From contig OY761556.1 of the NCBI GenBank assembly GCA_963664705.1, positions 5,888,001 through 5,952,000 of the forward strand: a DNA stretch of 64,000 bases, in the 5' to 3' direction. Below are positions 1-9,783 of this stretch, piece by piece; within the stretch, counting starts at the first letter, position 1; every line of letters starts with the position of its first letter. The DNA comes from Acidobacteriota bacterium. Its GTDB lineage: Bacteria > Acidobacteriota > UBA6911. Made by a program: the position numbers and the translations under genes. A model generated the notes under the pieces. That model saw only the letters and a program-made list of their open reading frames with translations. It had not been told where the DNA came from and ran no database searches.

Positions 1-911
1 GGCCAGTCGGATTGCTCTGGCCCCTCTGAATCGTGGAAGCGCAGGTTGAGCTTGCCGATATCCCTAAGCAACCAGAGTCCGTATAGGAATAGCGGGATCA
101 TCACCAGCGTGGAGATGATCGCACTTCTCCACGCTGCCTCTGGCGTATCAATGAGCGCGGCGGCCGGAACGACGTCTCCCCTCGTCAATACAGCGGGAAG
201 CAGGTTCGTGCACACCATGCCAGCGTGTGCCACCATGATGAGCCAGACACAGCGCGTGCGCAGCACGACGGCACAGAAGCCCACGCCGGCGAGGGTCGCG
301 TAAACGATATTTGCAAGGACGTGCTGCCACGGGACGCCGACCCATAATGTCGTAATATGCCAGAGCCCGAACAGCATACTCGAGAATAGGACAGCACCAA
401 TGACCTCCGCGTGCGTTCGGTGAAAGCGGTTGAGCAGGATGGCGAGAATTAGGCACCGAAATACAGATTCCTCGATGAGCGGGACGCTCACGGTTGATGC
501 GACCACCTGCAGCCATGGTGTCCAACCGATTGGCGCCTGTAGTGTTTTGCCCAGCAAGTTAACCAGGTTGAGCAGGGCATAAAGGGCCGGAAGCCATAGA
601 AGCCAAACCTCTCGCCATTGTCCTGGCCCATTCAGCCCCACATGCAACGCCCAGCCCTTGAGCGCAAGGACTTTCCAGACCGTCAGCAGATAAGCGCCGG
701 CCACAAGAATAAGAGCAACCTGGCCGACAACTGTGCTCGCCCGGCCCTCGATTGCGCCGAGGGCCAGTGACGTCGGAATGGTAAGGACAAGCCCGAAGGC
801 TGGTATCAGGACCGCTGGAGCAAACTTTGCGAGCACAAGGATGGCCACGCTGCCGATCCGCGGATACTGCTCGAATAACCAGTTGAGCCGGTCGGTGAAA
901 TCTAGGGGCAC
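1..911 (-). CDS. CPBP (CAAX protease/Abi) family intramembrane metalloprotease, runs off the left edge
   Basis: Absent from the ORF track because there is no stop in the window. Hand translation from GTG at 911 (RBS AAGGAG) gives MPLDFTDRLNWLF..., many TM segments, and motifs PLIEESVFRC (EExxxR), SSMLFGLWH (FxxxH) and AHAGMV. Confidence 0.8.
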   Translation of the reverse strand, partial: MPLDFTDRLNWLFEQYPRIGSVAILVLAKFAPAVLIPAFGLVLTIPTSLALGAIEGRASTVVGQVALILVAGAYLLTVWKVLALKGWALHVGLNGPGQWREVWLLWLPALYALLNLVNLLGKTLQAPIGWTPWLQVVASTVSVPLIEESVFRCLILAILLNRFHRTHAEVIGAVLFSSMLFGLWHITTLWVGVPWQHVLANIVYATLAGVGFCAVVLRTRCVWLIMVAHAGMVCTNLLPAVLTRGDVVPAAALIDTPEAAWRSAIISTLVMIPLFLYGLWLLRDIGKLNLRFHDSEGPEQSDW

Positions 912-1044
912 GGGAGACTCCTTTGGGGGACCCACAGATTAGTTGCAGGCGAGCAAATTAGTACCAGGGTGATGCTAACCTAAATATATAAGACGCTCCA
1001 GCGCCGACAATATTACTACAGAAGATGTCTCAAGTTGCTTGTTG

Positions 1045-1065
1045 ATACCTTGGTATTCGATGTAT
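1045..1065. promoter_or_regulatory. Imperfect palindrome upstream of padR, candidate autoregulatory operator
   Basis: ATACCTTGGTATTCGATGTAT (ATAC-N13-GTAT), ending ~10 nt before the likely ATG. Confidence 0.35.
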
Positions 1066-1074
1066 GATGGGATC

Positions 1075-1386
1075 ATGAATTTCAAGGGTAGTTTGCCAAC
1101 GTTGATTCTGCATAACCTTCTCCAAGGGCCCAACTATGGCTACCAGATCGCTCAGGAAATCAAAAAGAAATCCCAAGGCGTCCTGGATTTCAAGGAAGGC
1201 ACGTTATATCCGGCTTTGCATGGATTGGAGGCGAAGGGATTAATTATTTCTTACACCAGCACCGCGAACGGACGCACCCGACTTTGCTATAAACTCACTG
1301 AAAAAGGGAGGAAAGTACTGGCTAAACAGGTGGAGGAATGGGATCAATTTACCGGTGCAATAAGCCTGATTCTTAAGGAGGCGTAA
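1075..1386 (+). CDS. PadR family transcriptional regulator
   Basis: YGYQIAQEI...KEGTLYPALHGLE...YKLTEKGR wHTH signature. Start at 1075 preferred over 1039. Confidence 0.92.
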   Translation: MNFKGSLPTLILHNLLQGPNYGYQIAQEIKKKSQGVLDFKEGTLYPALHGLEAKGLIISYTSTANGRTRLCYKLTEKGRKVLAKQVEEWDQFTGAISLILKEA

Positions 1387-2132
1387 TGGGTATCTGGGAG
1401 AGACAACCGTATGAGCTTCAAGCGTGGCTGAGAATTGCCACTAAAGAGTTGGCAACCCGTGCAGAGGAGCGCATCCGATTGGAGATTGAAGCACACTATG
1501 CCGAAGCGGTATCAGATCACCTGAGGAAAGGATTTTCTCAATCAGATGCCCGGAGAGCGGCGCTTGCCGAATTGGGCAATGCGCGCAAGGCGGCCAAGTG
1601 TTTCCGCGAGTGCCACCTGACCAAGTGGGAAGCCGAGGGACTCCAGAGGACATTTAGCCGGCAGGGGAGCCGCTGGTGGTTGTTGTTCAATTACATCTAT
1701 TGCGCATGTTTGTTTTTTGCTGCCAAAACACAGTATAAGAGCTTCTTAATTCCCCTAGCTGTATTGTTCATAGCAACCGTCATTATTCCCACATTCAACT
1801 TTGTTATGGTTCGGCGCAAGATCAAAAACGTTTGCTCTAGCATCCTTATGGTGATACTTGCCTGGTATGCCTTTGGGCTCTCCTTGATGCTCTCTGGTTT
1901 TTATCTTGCGTATGGCCTGCAGGCGCGGCTCTCGGCTGCGTCTGGCGGCCATGCAGCAACGGGGCACGGAATGCTTTCCCAATCTCACCTACCTGCTGGT
2001 TATTCATTCTTCTTGGTAAACAGCGGCTCCCTTGTCGCCCTTATTATCTGCCTTATTCCTGCTCTTCGCAGCTGGCTCAGACTTCGGCATGTTGCGAATA
2101 TTTGGGATGAGCTTCCTCTACGGAACGAATAG
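1386..2132 (+). CDS. Membrane protein with permease-prefix-like N-terminal domain (PadR partner)
   Basis: EIEAHYAEAV...ARRAALAELG motif followed by ~5 TM helices. TAATG overlap with padR. Confidence 0.75.
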   Translation: MGIWERQPYELQAWLRIATKELATRAEERIRLEIEAHYAEAVSDHLRKGFSQSDARRAALAELGNARKAAKCFRECHLTKWEAEGLQRTFSRQGSRWWLLFNYIYCACLFFAAKTQYKSFLIPLAVLFIATVIIPTFNFVMVRRKIKNVCSSILMVILAWYAFGLSLMLSGFYLAYGLQARLSAASGGHAATGHGMLSQSHLPAGYSFFLVNSGSLVALIICLIPALRSWLRLRHVANIWDELPLRNE

Positions 2133-2351
2133 TAGTATTGACCAGCTGCGCTGGGGCCTCCTTGATAAAACAGGATTCTTGCGATTAATAGAAACTGCGG
2201 TCCAGAAACGGCCATGCAGGAAGCATGGATCGGTCTTAATTGGCAATAGACAGATAACTTTTGGGCGTTTTCTCCCAGATTCGGACTTAGGGCTCGGAAC
2301 AGTTTGCTGAACCTTAAATAATGTGCCTATGATATCACCTTAGGGGCAAGC

Positions 2352-2684
2352 ATGATTCTTCTTCAATTGATTGCTTCGATACTCGTCCCTTTCGCCGCTG
2401 CAAATATGACTCAATGGAAACCCAGTGATTCCGATTGGAATAAAGCTGCGAACGAAATCCGGCATCCTTCACCCAGCTCTTTCATTGAACTGCCCAGCGA
2501 AATAATAGGAGAATTAGACCGGAGGCAATGCACAATTCCACAGGTTGATAGATCTCCTCGATCCCATAATGTTATCAAAGGTAGCTTCACCGGCCAGGGA
2601 CAGACCGACTGGGCCGTGCTCTGTTCCCATCGCGGCGAGTCAAGCATCTTGGTTTTCAAAGGCGAATCAAGTAAGTCGCCCTAG
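2352..2684 (+). CDS. Secreted hypothetical protein, possibly C-terminally truncated
   Basis: Signal-like N-terminus; CTIPQ...GQTDWAVLCS segment; ends abruptly at KSP-TAG. Confidence 0.55.
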   Translation: MILLQLIASILVPFAAANMTQWKPSDSDWNKAANEIRHPSPSSFIELPSEIIGELDRRQCTIPQVDRSPRSHNVIKGSFTGQGQTDWAVLCSHRGESSILVFKGESSKSP

Positions 2685-2715
2685 TGCAGACCCTCGGAGA
2701 GTAGGGGTAAGTCGT

Positions 2716-3326
2716 CTACTTTGAGTGCCTATCAAAATACTCCTTAAAAATTGGATAGCTCATTTGTTGCGGGTTTTCTACCTTCTGCTTTGCACCAGAA
2801 TAATAGACAAACATCGTAGGCGTTCCGCGAACTCCACTTGCAGTCGCTAATGCGATACCTCGTCGGATTGACTGGTCAATGCTCGGTTCACGCAGGTTTG
2901 ACTTAATTTTGGCAAATTCCTGCTTCGATATAGCCTTAGAGAGAACCGCTTCGATCTTTCCATCTTCGGACCACTGATCTTGGTTTGAAAACAGAGCATC
3001 CATTACCTTCAGCGCCTGATTGCGCCCAATCAGGTAGGCCGCTTCACAATAGCGGGCAGCATTCGGAGCATATCTGTGCTGGCTGAGAGGATACTCGTGA
3101 TAGATAACGCAAACTTTGTCCCTGCTTGCATATTCCTGAAGTGTTGGTGCAACCACCTCTTGTAAAACAGACGGCAACCAGGACACTGAAAATCAGAGAA
3201 GATTTCAATTCTTACTGGAGCATTAAGAGATCCGCCCAAAATCATGCCAGAATTCTGGTCAGACGCATATGCTGCTGCTGATGCTAATAGCAGCAGGGCC
3301 ATGGCCGAAAATATTGCTCGGTTCAT
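2716..3326 (-). pseudogene. DsbA/thioredoxin-like protein with a 1-bp frameshift
   Basis: Signal peptide and FSDFQCPGC in one frame; YHEYPL...GVRGTPT (cis-Pro loop) in another. Junction TAC AA GAG GTG at ~3160 lacks one base. Confidence 0.85.
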
Positions 3327-3763
3327 CCTATCCTCCCTCGCATGAAAAACAGCGTTTCATTGCTGCCATATTTGTTGAGCTCAAACGTGACGAAAGACTA
3401 CTTGTCCGTCCGAATATCGATCCGGCTGGCTTTCAATACATCATTCTCGTTCTTACCGATAACAGCTGGTTGCACACCCTCTTTCAAACTATTAACGCCA
3501 GCTAAAGGAACCACCGTCTTTCTCCATTTGAGCTGGAATTTTCCCCTCTTCTGGGCGTGCCTCAACACTCCAACGGTCTGTTTCTATCCAGCTCGGTGCC
3601 CGTAGTATTTGAAAATCGCGAACGTTGTAGGCAATGGTGATTAGTGTACGAAGCGGCATATAACCGGCATTGAATAGAGCCGGATTCGGGAAACTGGACA
3701 AGGGGATAAGTGGTAATCTTGCCTAACTGAGGGGCTGGAAACAGCCGAAAGAAGGAGCATCAG

Positions 3764-4066
3764 ATGGCAAGAAGACAACGCAGGAATCATAGTTCAGTAT
3801 TCAAAGCAAAAGTCGCCCTGGCGGCCCTGAAGGGCGACAAGACGATTGCCGAACTCGCCGAGCAGTTTGAAGTACATCCCAACCAAATCACCGACTGGAA
3901 ACGGCAGCTCCAGGAAAATGCGGCCATTGCGTTCGGGGAAAAGCCCGAAAAAGAAAAAGGGCCGGATATCCAGCGCATGCAAGCCAAGATCGGGCAGCTC
4001 AGTCTCGAGAATGATTTTTTAGAGAATGCGCTTATCAAGGCGGGACTGCTGAGCGCAAAAAGATGA
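3764..4066 (+). CDS. IS3 transposase OrfA (HTH)
   Basis: [10 protein letters not shown]...[22 protein letters not shown] plus a leucine-zipper-like tail. Confidence 0.95.
   Translation: MARRQRRNHSSVFKAKVALAALKGDKTIAELAEQFEVHPNQITDWKRQLQENAAIAFGEKPEKEKGPDIQRMQAKIGQLSLENDFLENALIKAGLLSAKR
4015..4021 (+). other. Putative -1 ribosomal frameshift heptamer T TTT TTA
   Basis: In OrfA phase (GAT TTT TTA). The OrfB frame opens right after TGA 4012-4014. An A5G run at 4057-4062 and the ATGA overlap are alternative coupling sites. Confidence 0.55.
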
Positions 4067-4893
4067 TCGACCGCAAGGCCAAGATCTCCATAAAACGACA
4101 ATGCACGTTGCTGAAACTGCCGCGATCAACGGCCTACTACAGACCCGTAGAGGTTCCCCAGTCAGACCTTGAGCTGATGAAGCGAATCGACGAGCTGCAT
4201 CTTCAATGGCCTTTTGCCGGGAGCCGGATGATGCGAGATTTATTGAGGCAGGACAGCTACAAGGTCGGCCGTCGGCATGTCCGAACGTTGATGAGAAAAA
4301 TGGGGATCGATGTTTTGTATCGAAAACCCAATACAAGCCGTAGGCAGGCCGGGCACCATATCTATCCCTATCTCCTGCGGGATTTGAAGGTTGTTCGACC
4401 CGATCAAGCTTGGTCGGCAGACATCACGTATATTCCGATGCGTCGAGGCTTTGTTTATCTGTTTGTCGTCCAGGACTGGTACTCCCGCCGCGTTCTTTCC
4501 TGGCGACTTTCCAACACGCTTACGACGGACTTCTGTATAGAAGCACTGGAGGAGGCTATAGCGAATTATGGCTGTCCTGATATCTTCAACACGGACCAGG
4601 GCTGCCAGTTCACCAGTGTCGAGTTCACAGGCTTTCTCAAAGCGAATGGAATTCAAATCAGCATGGATGGCAAAGGCTGTTGGCGCGATAACGTTTTCGT
4701 TGAACGCCTCTGGCGGACCGTCAAATATGAGCACGTATATCTTTATGCTTACAGCTCGATGAATGAAGCCAAAGAACGTTTGAAGGTGTATCTGGAGTTT
4801 TATAACGGCAAACGACCGCATCAATCACTTGACGGCAAGACTCCTGATGCGGTTTATTTTGAAACCGTCCGCGAAGAAAAGCAGGCGGCGTAA
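4063..4893 (+). CDS. IS3 transposase OrfB (DDE/rve)
   Basis: [41 protein letters not shown]. Confidence 0.96.
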   Translation: MIDRKAKISIKRQCTLLKLPRSTAYYRPVEVPQSDLELMKRIDELHLQWPFAGSRMMRDLLRQDSYKVGRRHVRTLMRKMGIDVLYRKPNTSRRQAGHHIYPYLLRDLKVVRPDQAWSADITYIPMRRGFVYLFVVQDWYSRRVLSWRLSNTLTTDFCIEALEEAIANYGCPDIFNTDQGCQFTSVEFTGFLKANGIQISMDGKGCWRDNVFVERLWRTVKYEHVYLYAYSSMNEAKERLKVYLEFYNGKRPHQSLDGKTPDAVYFETVREEKQAA

Positions 4894-5347
4894 GTCATGG
4901 CTGAGTCGGGCGCTGTGCCTCCAGCCTTCGGCTTCCGGGTACGCGCCCGACATTTTAACTGCGCAAGATTACACTTAATTCCTTTGGGAAGCTGTCCAAA
5001 CAACCGGAGCCACCGCTAATCGCCCTCCGGGCTTTACACGCAATTGAATATTTCCTGATGTGTCAGGCTTGACCGATGCTACTTCAAATCCTGGTTTCGT
5101 ATTGACCTGTGCCTGCACATTAATTGCAATGTTAAATACAAAGAGATTAAGGGTAGCCAGCATTATGATCAAACGATCCATACAGTATCTCCCTGTATTT
5201 GATTTGATACACAAATCAGGTAACTTCTCGTATGGATGTTGGATTTATGTAAATAGTCTAAATATTTGTTGATTCCTAGCATTTATCACAAACGGACCAG
5301 CAACTTCTTAGATGATTTGTCCTGAAACGACAATGTGGGAACCGATG

Positions 5348-6028
5348 CTACTCAACCCGATCTGGAGAATCATTGTTCTCACGGACAAATCCAAATTCTT
5401 TTTCCTTTAGCTCATGAAAGCCATCGGAACCAGAAATAAGCTGCGCAAGTGAACCGCTTAGATGACCAAAACCCAAGCCGCGAAGATGGCCGTTTGCATC
5501 TCGAAAATATTCGGGTGAAATTCGAGTTTCAAAACGACCAAAAACTGCGGCCCAATTAGTGAAGAAGCTTTGATAGTGGCTGTAATCTCCCAGGGATTTC
5601 AACTTTTTCAACAGTGTCCGGTCATCCCAACGAAAATCTTTTGGAAGATTAGGCGGCGGATCAGTTCTCTCCAAATATACTGTTAACGAAATATTTCCTC
5701 CCCAAACAACTCCATCAGTCGAAATCTTAGTATTGCATTCCTCCGAAAGCCAGGAACCCTCCATCGTCCGTACAGTTCTTCCAATCACGATAATGGGTTT
5801 GCCGTTGTACCTGACTCGATTCTGCAAAGCTTCACAGACAGTCAATATGGGAATGCTATTGCTGGGACCCTGTTCTGCAAAGGCGTGATCGCATGAACAG
5901 AGAAGCAAGAAGCCTAAGAGCAGTTTGGGAAGCAATCCGAATAAACAAAATTGCACTGTCGTGCACACATCTAATAGAGGCACCGAACCACTCGGAACTT
6001 GGTATCCGTTATTCTGTTTATATTGCAT
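5348..6028 (-). CDS. Secreted/membrane-anchored hypothetical protein
   Basis: Hydrophobic signal segment, then TVCEAL..RYNGKPIIVIG (OB-fold-like). Start uncertain; the ORF is open to 6244. Confidence 0.55.
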   Translation of the reverse strand: MQYKQNNGYQVPSGSVPLLDVCTTVQFCLFGLLPKLLLGFLLLCSCDHAFAEQGPSNSIPILTVCEALQNRVRYNGKPIIVIGRTVRTMEGSWLSEECNTKISTDGVVWGGNISLTVYLERTDPPPNLPKDFRWDDRTLLKKLKSLGDYSHYQSFFTNWAAVFGRFETRISPEYFRDANGHLRGLGFGHLSGSLAQLISGSDGFHELKEKEFGFVRENNDSPDRVE

Positions 6029-6345
6029 TGGCAACATTTTACGGCCGAACTGAATGGGAAGGAAAGGAGTAGATCCTAAGAACCGCAATGTGGGAAGCGT
6101 GAATGGCGCAGAATGCAATATTGAAACGGGAATTGACGTTTTGGCGTTATCTCCCACAACTTTTGGGGATCTACTGGCAATTCCATTCTGCAAGCGGCAT
6201 GCTATTGGCCAACGTATGCAATTGTTAAATATCAAGCATCCCACAAAGCAAAAATCACGTAGAATGCGGTTATGGCACCCAAAATATACCTGATAGCCCT
6301 AATTGCGTGCTTGGCAGGCGTACCCGCCACTGTATTGCCAGATTT

Positions 6346-6699
6346 TTAAGCCTGCACCGCCGCCTTAAAACCGCCGTAGGCCATCCGCTTGACGTCGAAA
6401 GGCATGTCTTTGGGAATATCCGCTTTTTCTAATTCCTTCATCACTCTGGCGTTGACCCTGTCGCGGTGCGCGCGCGACTTGAACACGATGTAGGAAAACA
6501 CCACGGTCTCGCCGGGCTTTAGCTTCATCATCTTCGTGTAAGGCATCCCAATTTTGGATTTCAGGTCGTCGCCGATGCATTCCTTATAATCCAGCGCGCC
6601 GCACTTCAGCCAGACCTTCTTCCCTACCTGCGCCATCTTCACGTATGCTTTTAGATTCTTCTTGGGGACCGGCAAAACGTATCCATCCACGTAATCCAT
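6346..6699 (-). CDS. DUF1428 (YbaA-like) protein
   Basis: YVDGYVLPVP...GALDYKECIGDD...ETVVFSYI...MPFDVKRMAYGGF; RBS AGGAGG. Confidence 0.92.
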   Translation of the reverse strand: MDYVDGYVLPVPKKNLKAYVKMAQVGKKVWLKCGALDYKECIGDDLKSKIGMPYTKMMKLKPGETVVFSYIVFKSRAHRDRVNARVMKELEKADIPKDMPFDVKRMAYGGFKAAVQA

Positions 6700-6989
6700 A
6701 ACTCCTCCTTTCAAACTTCAACTTCCTTACATTATTTTTTACGAAAATAGTATCAAACTAAAAGCGCGATGAAAACCTGAGCCACCGGGCACGGCGATTA
6801 AAGAGCCGCGCGATCTCAAGTCCATTCCGATTGGATAAGAAATACGCGAAAGGAATTTGAAACAGTTAGAAGCAAATGACGTTGATGGTGTAGTTGGCGT
6901 CTTGCCCCAATAGCTATGATGATCGCCCAGACTTCCCGAAACAAAAGGCTGGCTACAATACTGCCTTGGTTTGACGGATGGACACAGGA

Positions 6990-7273
6990 ATGGACAAAAC
7001 CGAAGCTCGCGCTATTCTGGCTCACCAGCTTGCGATATACCGGGCGTACTCCTATCTCGATCTTACGAAAATTGTCGGCAACAACTCGGTAATTCAGATT
7101 TGTGGACCATCTGGGGCCGAATAGCAAATTGAGCTCGAAGTGATGTGGAACTGCGGGACAAGACGGATATCCTGGTCATGGGATCAATTGATGACGGGCG
7201 ACTGCCCTGAGCCCTATTGCCATTGTGCGATTCCTTCATACTGGCGCCAGATGGAAGGTTCGTAGGTGAGTAA
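6990..7273 (+). pseudogene. Decayed small hypothetical-protein gene
   Basis: MDKTEARAILAHQLAIYRAYSY...GPSGAE*(TAG 7122)QIELEVMW, then a frameshift, then DILVMGSIDDGRLP*(TGA 7208)ALLPLCDSFILAPDGRFVGE-TAA. Confidence 0.6.
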
Positions 7274-7443
7274 AGCGATAGCGGCCAATCCGGTTAAATT
7301 AGCATTGTGGTGCAATCTCCCCGAATCCGACTTCGGGATAACCATGGAAGTAACTGCCCCAGCAAGCGCATTTTGGGGCCATTTGGCTGCGTTTCTAATC
7401 CTCAAGCGTTGACTATAAATATGGCGATAAATCTCTTCCGCAA

Positions 7444-8601
7444 TCAGCATAATCTTAAAAAATTCCTTTTCCCCACCTGAAGGACGCCTTTTGAATCAAT
7501 TCTGGTCTCCACATCTGTTATGCGCTTGCCATTGAACCTGACTGCTCCCTGTTGGATCAGCCGCCGCGCTTGGCTCTTGCTGGATGCAAACTCTGCTTCA
7601 TGAATCAAGTCCACCAGCCACACGGGGCTTGATTGAATCTTCGACGCCATATCCTGTGGTAATCCACGCTTCTGGTGTATTGACGCAAAATGGGCCGCTG
7701 CTCTGTCGGCGGCCTCGTTTCCATCAAGCGCAGATACGATCTCCCATGCCAATTTCTTCTTTGCTTCCATGGGATGCAATTCTCCCGTGTCTACCGATTT
7801 CAGCAATGCATCGATTTGCACGGGCAGCCAACGAGTAACCAATTCGAACCAATTGCGCATGGCCGAATCCGGAATGGACATGGTTTTGCCGTATTTATCT
7901 TCCGGCTTTTCATCAATGCCGACATAATTGCCGGTGCTCTTCGACATGCGTAATACACCGTCAGTCCCCACCAGAATCGGGAACGTCAGGCAAACCTGCG
8001 GTTTTTGACCAAAGACCTCTTGCAGCTTACGACCGACCAAAAGGTTGAAAAGCTGTTCACTGCCGCCCAACTGCACATCGCATTTGACGTTCACGGCATC
8101 ATAGCCCTGCATCAATGCATAGAGAAATTCATGCAACCAGATTGGATCACCGCTTTTCTGTCGCCTCGAAAAGTTCTCTCGGACTAGAAACTGTTGGACG
8201 GTGAAATGCGATGCCAGGTTAATCACATCTGAAAAAGTCAGTTGAGATAACCAATCCGAATTGCGCAAAACTTCTGTTGTGGTTGAATCCAGAATACGGA
8301 AAGCCTGTTGGATATAGGTTTGAGCATTTTCTGCCAGTTCTTCAGCATGCCTAAGGGGCCGCGCTCGATCCTTATCCGAATTGTCACCAACCAAGCCCGT
8401 GAATGTGCCAATTAAAAATATGGAATGATGCCCCAACTCCTGGAATTGGCGGAGCTTTCGCATTGTAACAGTGTGACCCAGGTGGATATCGGGCGCCGTT
8501 GGATCATATCCACAATAAACCCGAAGTGGACTGCCCGTTTCTGCCGATTCCAGCAGACGACCAGATAATTCCTTGCGCATACTCTCCTTTATTTGGCACA
8601 T
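7444..8601 (-). CDS. tyrS: Tyrosine--tRNA ligase (N-terminus apparently clipped)
   Basis: YCGYDPTAPDIHLGH (HIGH motif), MQGYD, GGSEQLFN, RMSKS (KMSKS motif), C-terminal S4 domain SKSQARRLIQQGAV. Confidence 0.93.
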   Translation of the reverse strand: MCQIKESMRKELSGRLLESAETGSPLRVYCGYDPTAPDIHLGHTVTMRKLRQFQELGHHSIFLIGTFTGLVGDNSDKDRARPLRHAEELAENAQTYIQQAFRILDSTTTEVLRNSDWLSQLTFSDVINLASHFTVQQFLVRENFSRRQKSGDPIWLHEFLYALMQGYDAVNVKCDVQLGGSEQLFNLLVGRKLQEVFGQKPQVCLTFPILVGTDGVLRMSKSTGNYVGIDEKPEDKYGKTMSIPDSAMRNWFELVTRWLPVQIDALLKSVDTGELHPMEAKKKLAWEIVSALDGNEAADRAAAHFASIHQKRGLPQDMASKIQSSPVWLVDLIHEAEFASSKSQARRLIQQGAVRFNGKRITDVETRIDSKGVLQVGKRNFLRLC

Positions 8602-8754
8602 TTCTCACTTGTAAGGAACGATATACGGGAATTGGGGGAGATGTGACGGGCACCCCATATCGAGACCCAGGATGGAACAAGAGTGCAGAACGCACAATTA
8701 TGAGATGTCCCAGGATTTCGGGGGCGTTAGGCGGAATCGTTTCCGTCGAGCCAA

Positions 8755-9030
8755 CTACGCAACGATCTTCTTCAACCTGCTAATCTCTCTTTCCAAGCGA
8801 TCGAGACGTGATTCGGTTTGCACGTCATTTTGAAGCGCACTGTTTAGGAGCCGGTTCAAGAGTCTCTGGTAGGGGACTCCTGTTTTGGCAGCTTTAGCCC
8901 GCAGAATTTCAAGATTGGCTTTGTCGATGTTTATCGTGATCTTGATCGACCTGGACGCTGCCATTTTTCGTCGAATCTGTTGCGTTCCTTTTTCATCCAT
9001 TGCAAGCTCATTGAGTTTCGGTTCTTTCAT
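8755..9030 (-). CDS. BrnA-like antitoxin (RHH)
   Basis: KITINID...LRAKAAKTGVPYQRLLNRLL; overlaps the toxin gene. Confidence 0.8.
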   Translation of the reverse strand: MKEPKLNELAMDEKGTQQIRRKMAASRSIKITINIDKANLEILRAKAAKTGVPYQRLLNRLLNSALQNDVQTESRLDRLEREISRLKKIVA

Positions 9031-9289
9031 TGTAAAACCTCGCAAATTTACGCCACCATACTGATCCTATAATTCGAATATTATCCCCGCGCCTGGTGAA
9101 ACGCGTCGTGAGGATTTTGCCCGATGCTGATTTGCCCACCCAGAAAAACCTCTCCTCGGTCGCGGAGTGTTTCGCATCAGTCAACTGAAAACCGTCAGGA
9201 TCCGAAAACGTCTCAACCGCTTCGGCAAAGGCAATACGATGTTTTTTGAAATTCTCGATCTCCTTGGACAAATCCCATTCAAATTCCAC
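9008..9289 (-). CDS. brnT: BrnT family RNase toxin
   Basis: MEFEWDLSKEIENFKKHRIAFAEA...EERF...IRIIGS. Confidence 0.88.
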   Translation of the reverse strand: MEFEWDLSKEIENFKKHRIAFAEAVETFSDPDGFQLTDAKHSATEERFFWVGKSASGKILTTRFTRRGDNIRIIGSVWWRKFARFYNERTETQ

Positions 9290-9301
9290 AAGGGGAAAAT
9301 A

Positions 9302-9327
9302 CCATATCTATATGGATAAATCCATAT
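9302..9327. promoter_or_regulatory. Overlapping palindromes, candidate BrnTA operator
   Basis: CCATATCTATATGG (9302-9315) and ATATGGATAAATCCATAT (9310-9327) just upstream of brnT. Confidence 0.5.
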
Positions 9328-9436
9328 TGGAGGCAAATGCCGCGCTGTGCGCGTTTTCAAGAAACACCTTTAAATTGGACGCTGTTTCCCAAACTCATGG
9401 CTGCATCTATCCCGGAATTTTAGTTGACGGACTCGT

Positions 9437-9451
9437 TTTAACATTGTTAAA
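9437..9451. promoter_or_regulatory. Palindromic operator in the promoter of the DUF2089 gene
   Basis: TTTAACATTGTTAAA downstream of a TTGACG -35-like box at 9424. Confidence 0.45.
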
Positions 9452-9483
9452 GTCTGTTTGAATAATAGTGAAATGGGAACAGC

Positions 9484-9783
9484 ATGCCTAAACTCGATTT
9501 GCCCGCCTGGGTCGCTAATCTCGAAGAAGAAGACTTACACTTTGTGAAACGGCTTGTTTTGGCGTCAGGTTCGCTAAAGGAACTCGCGGCCGAATACGGC
9601 GTTTCGTATCCAACCATACGCGCGCGTCTTGATGGAGTTATTGAACGCGTCAAAATACTCGACATGCATGATGGAGACGATCCGCTTGAGGCACGAATTC
9701 GGATCCTGGTCGCAAAGGGCGAGATGCAGCCCAAAATTGGTAAAGACTTATTAGCTCTTCACCGAAATTCTAGGAGGTCATGA
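9484..9783 (+). CDS. DUF2089 family HTH protein
   Basis: FVKRLVLASGSLKELAAEYGVSYPTIRARLD. Confidence 0.88.
   Translation: MPKLDLPAWVANLEEEDLHFVKRLVLASGSLKELAAEYGVSYPTIRARLDGVIERVKILDMHDGDDPLEARIRILVAKGEMQPKIGKDLLALHRNSRRS

Larger units (their letters stand above)
3676..5017 (+). mobile_element. IS3-family insertion sequence, copy 1 (1342 bp)
   Basis: Ends defined by comparison with copy 2. Imperfect 25-bp TIRs AGAGCCGGATTCGGGAAACTGGACA / AGCGGTGGCTCCGGTTGTTTGGACA. TSD AAT at 3673-3675 and 5018-5020. Confidence 0.96.
3492..5181 (-). pseudogene. TIGR03435-family (Acidobacteria-type) secreted protein gene interrupted by IS3 and truncated
   Basis: Removing the IS and one AAT TSD restores FEVASVKP...PGGRFNAGYMPLRTLITIAYNVRDFQILRAPSWI in frame. 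The frame then stops at 3492, far short of normal length. Confidence 0.85.

Noticed and set aside
8715-8755. Integron attC site after brnA (GCCTAAC on the minus strand)
   Set aside because: No matching GTTRRRY box or hairpin follows, and there is no integrase in the window.
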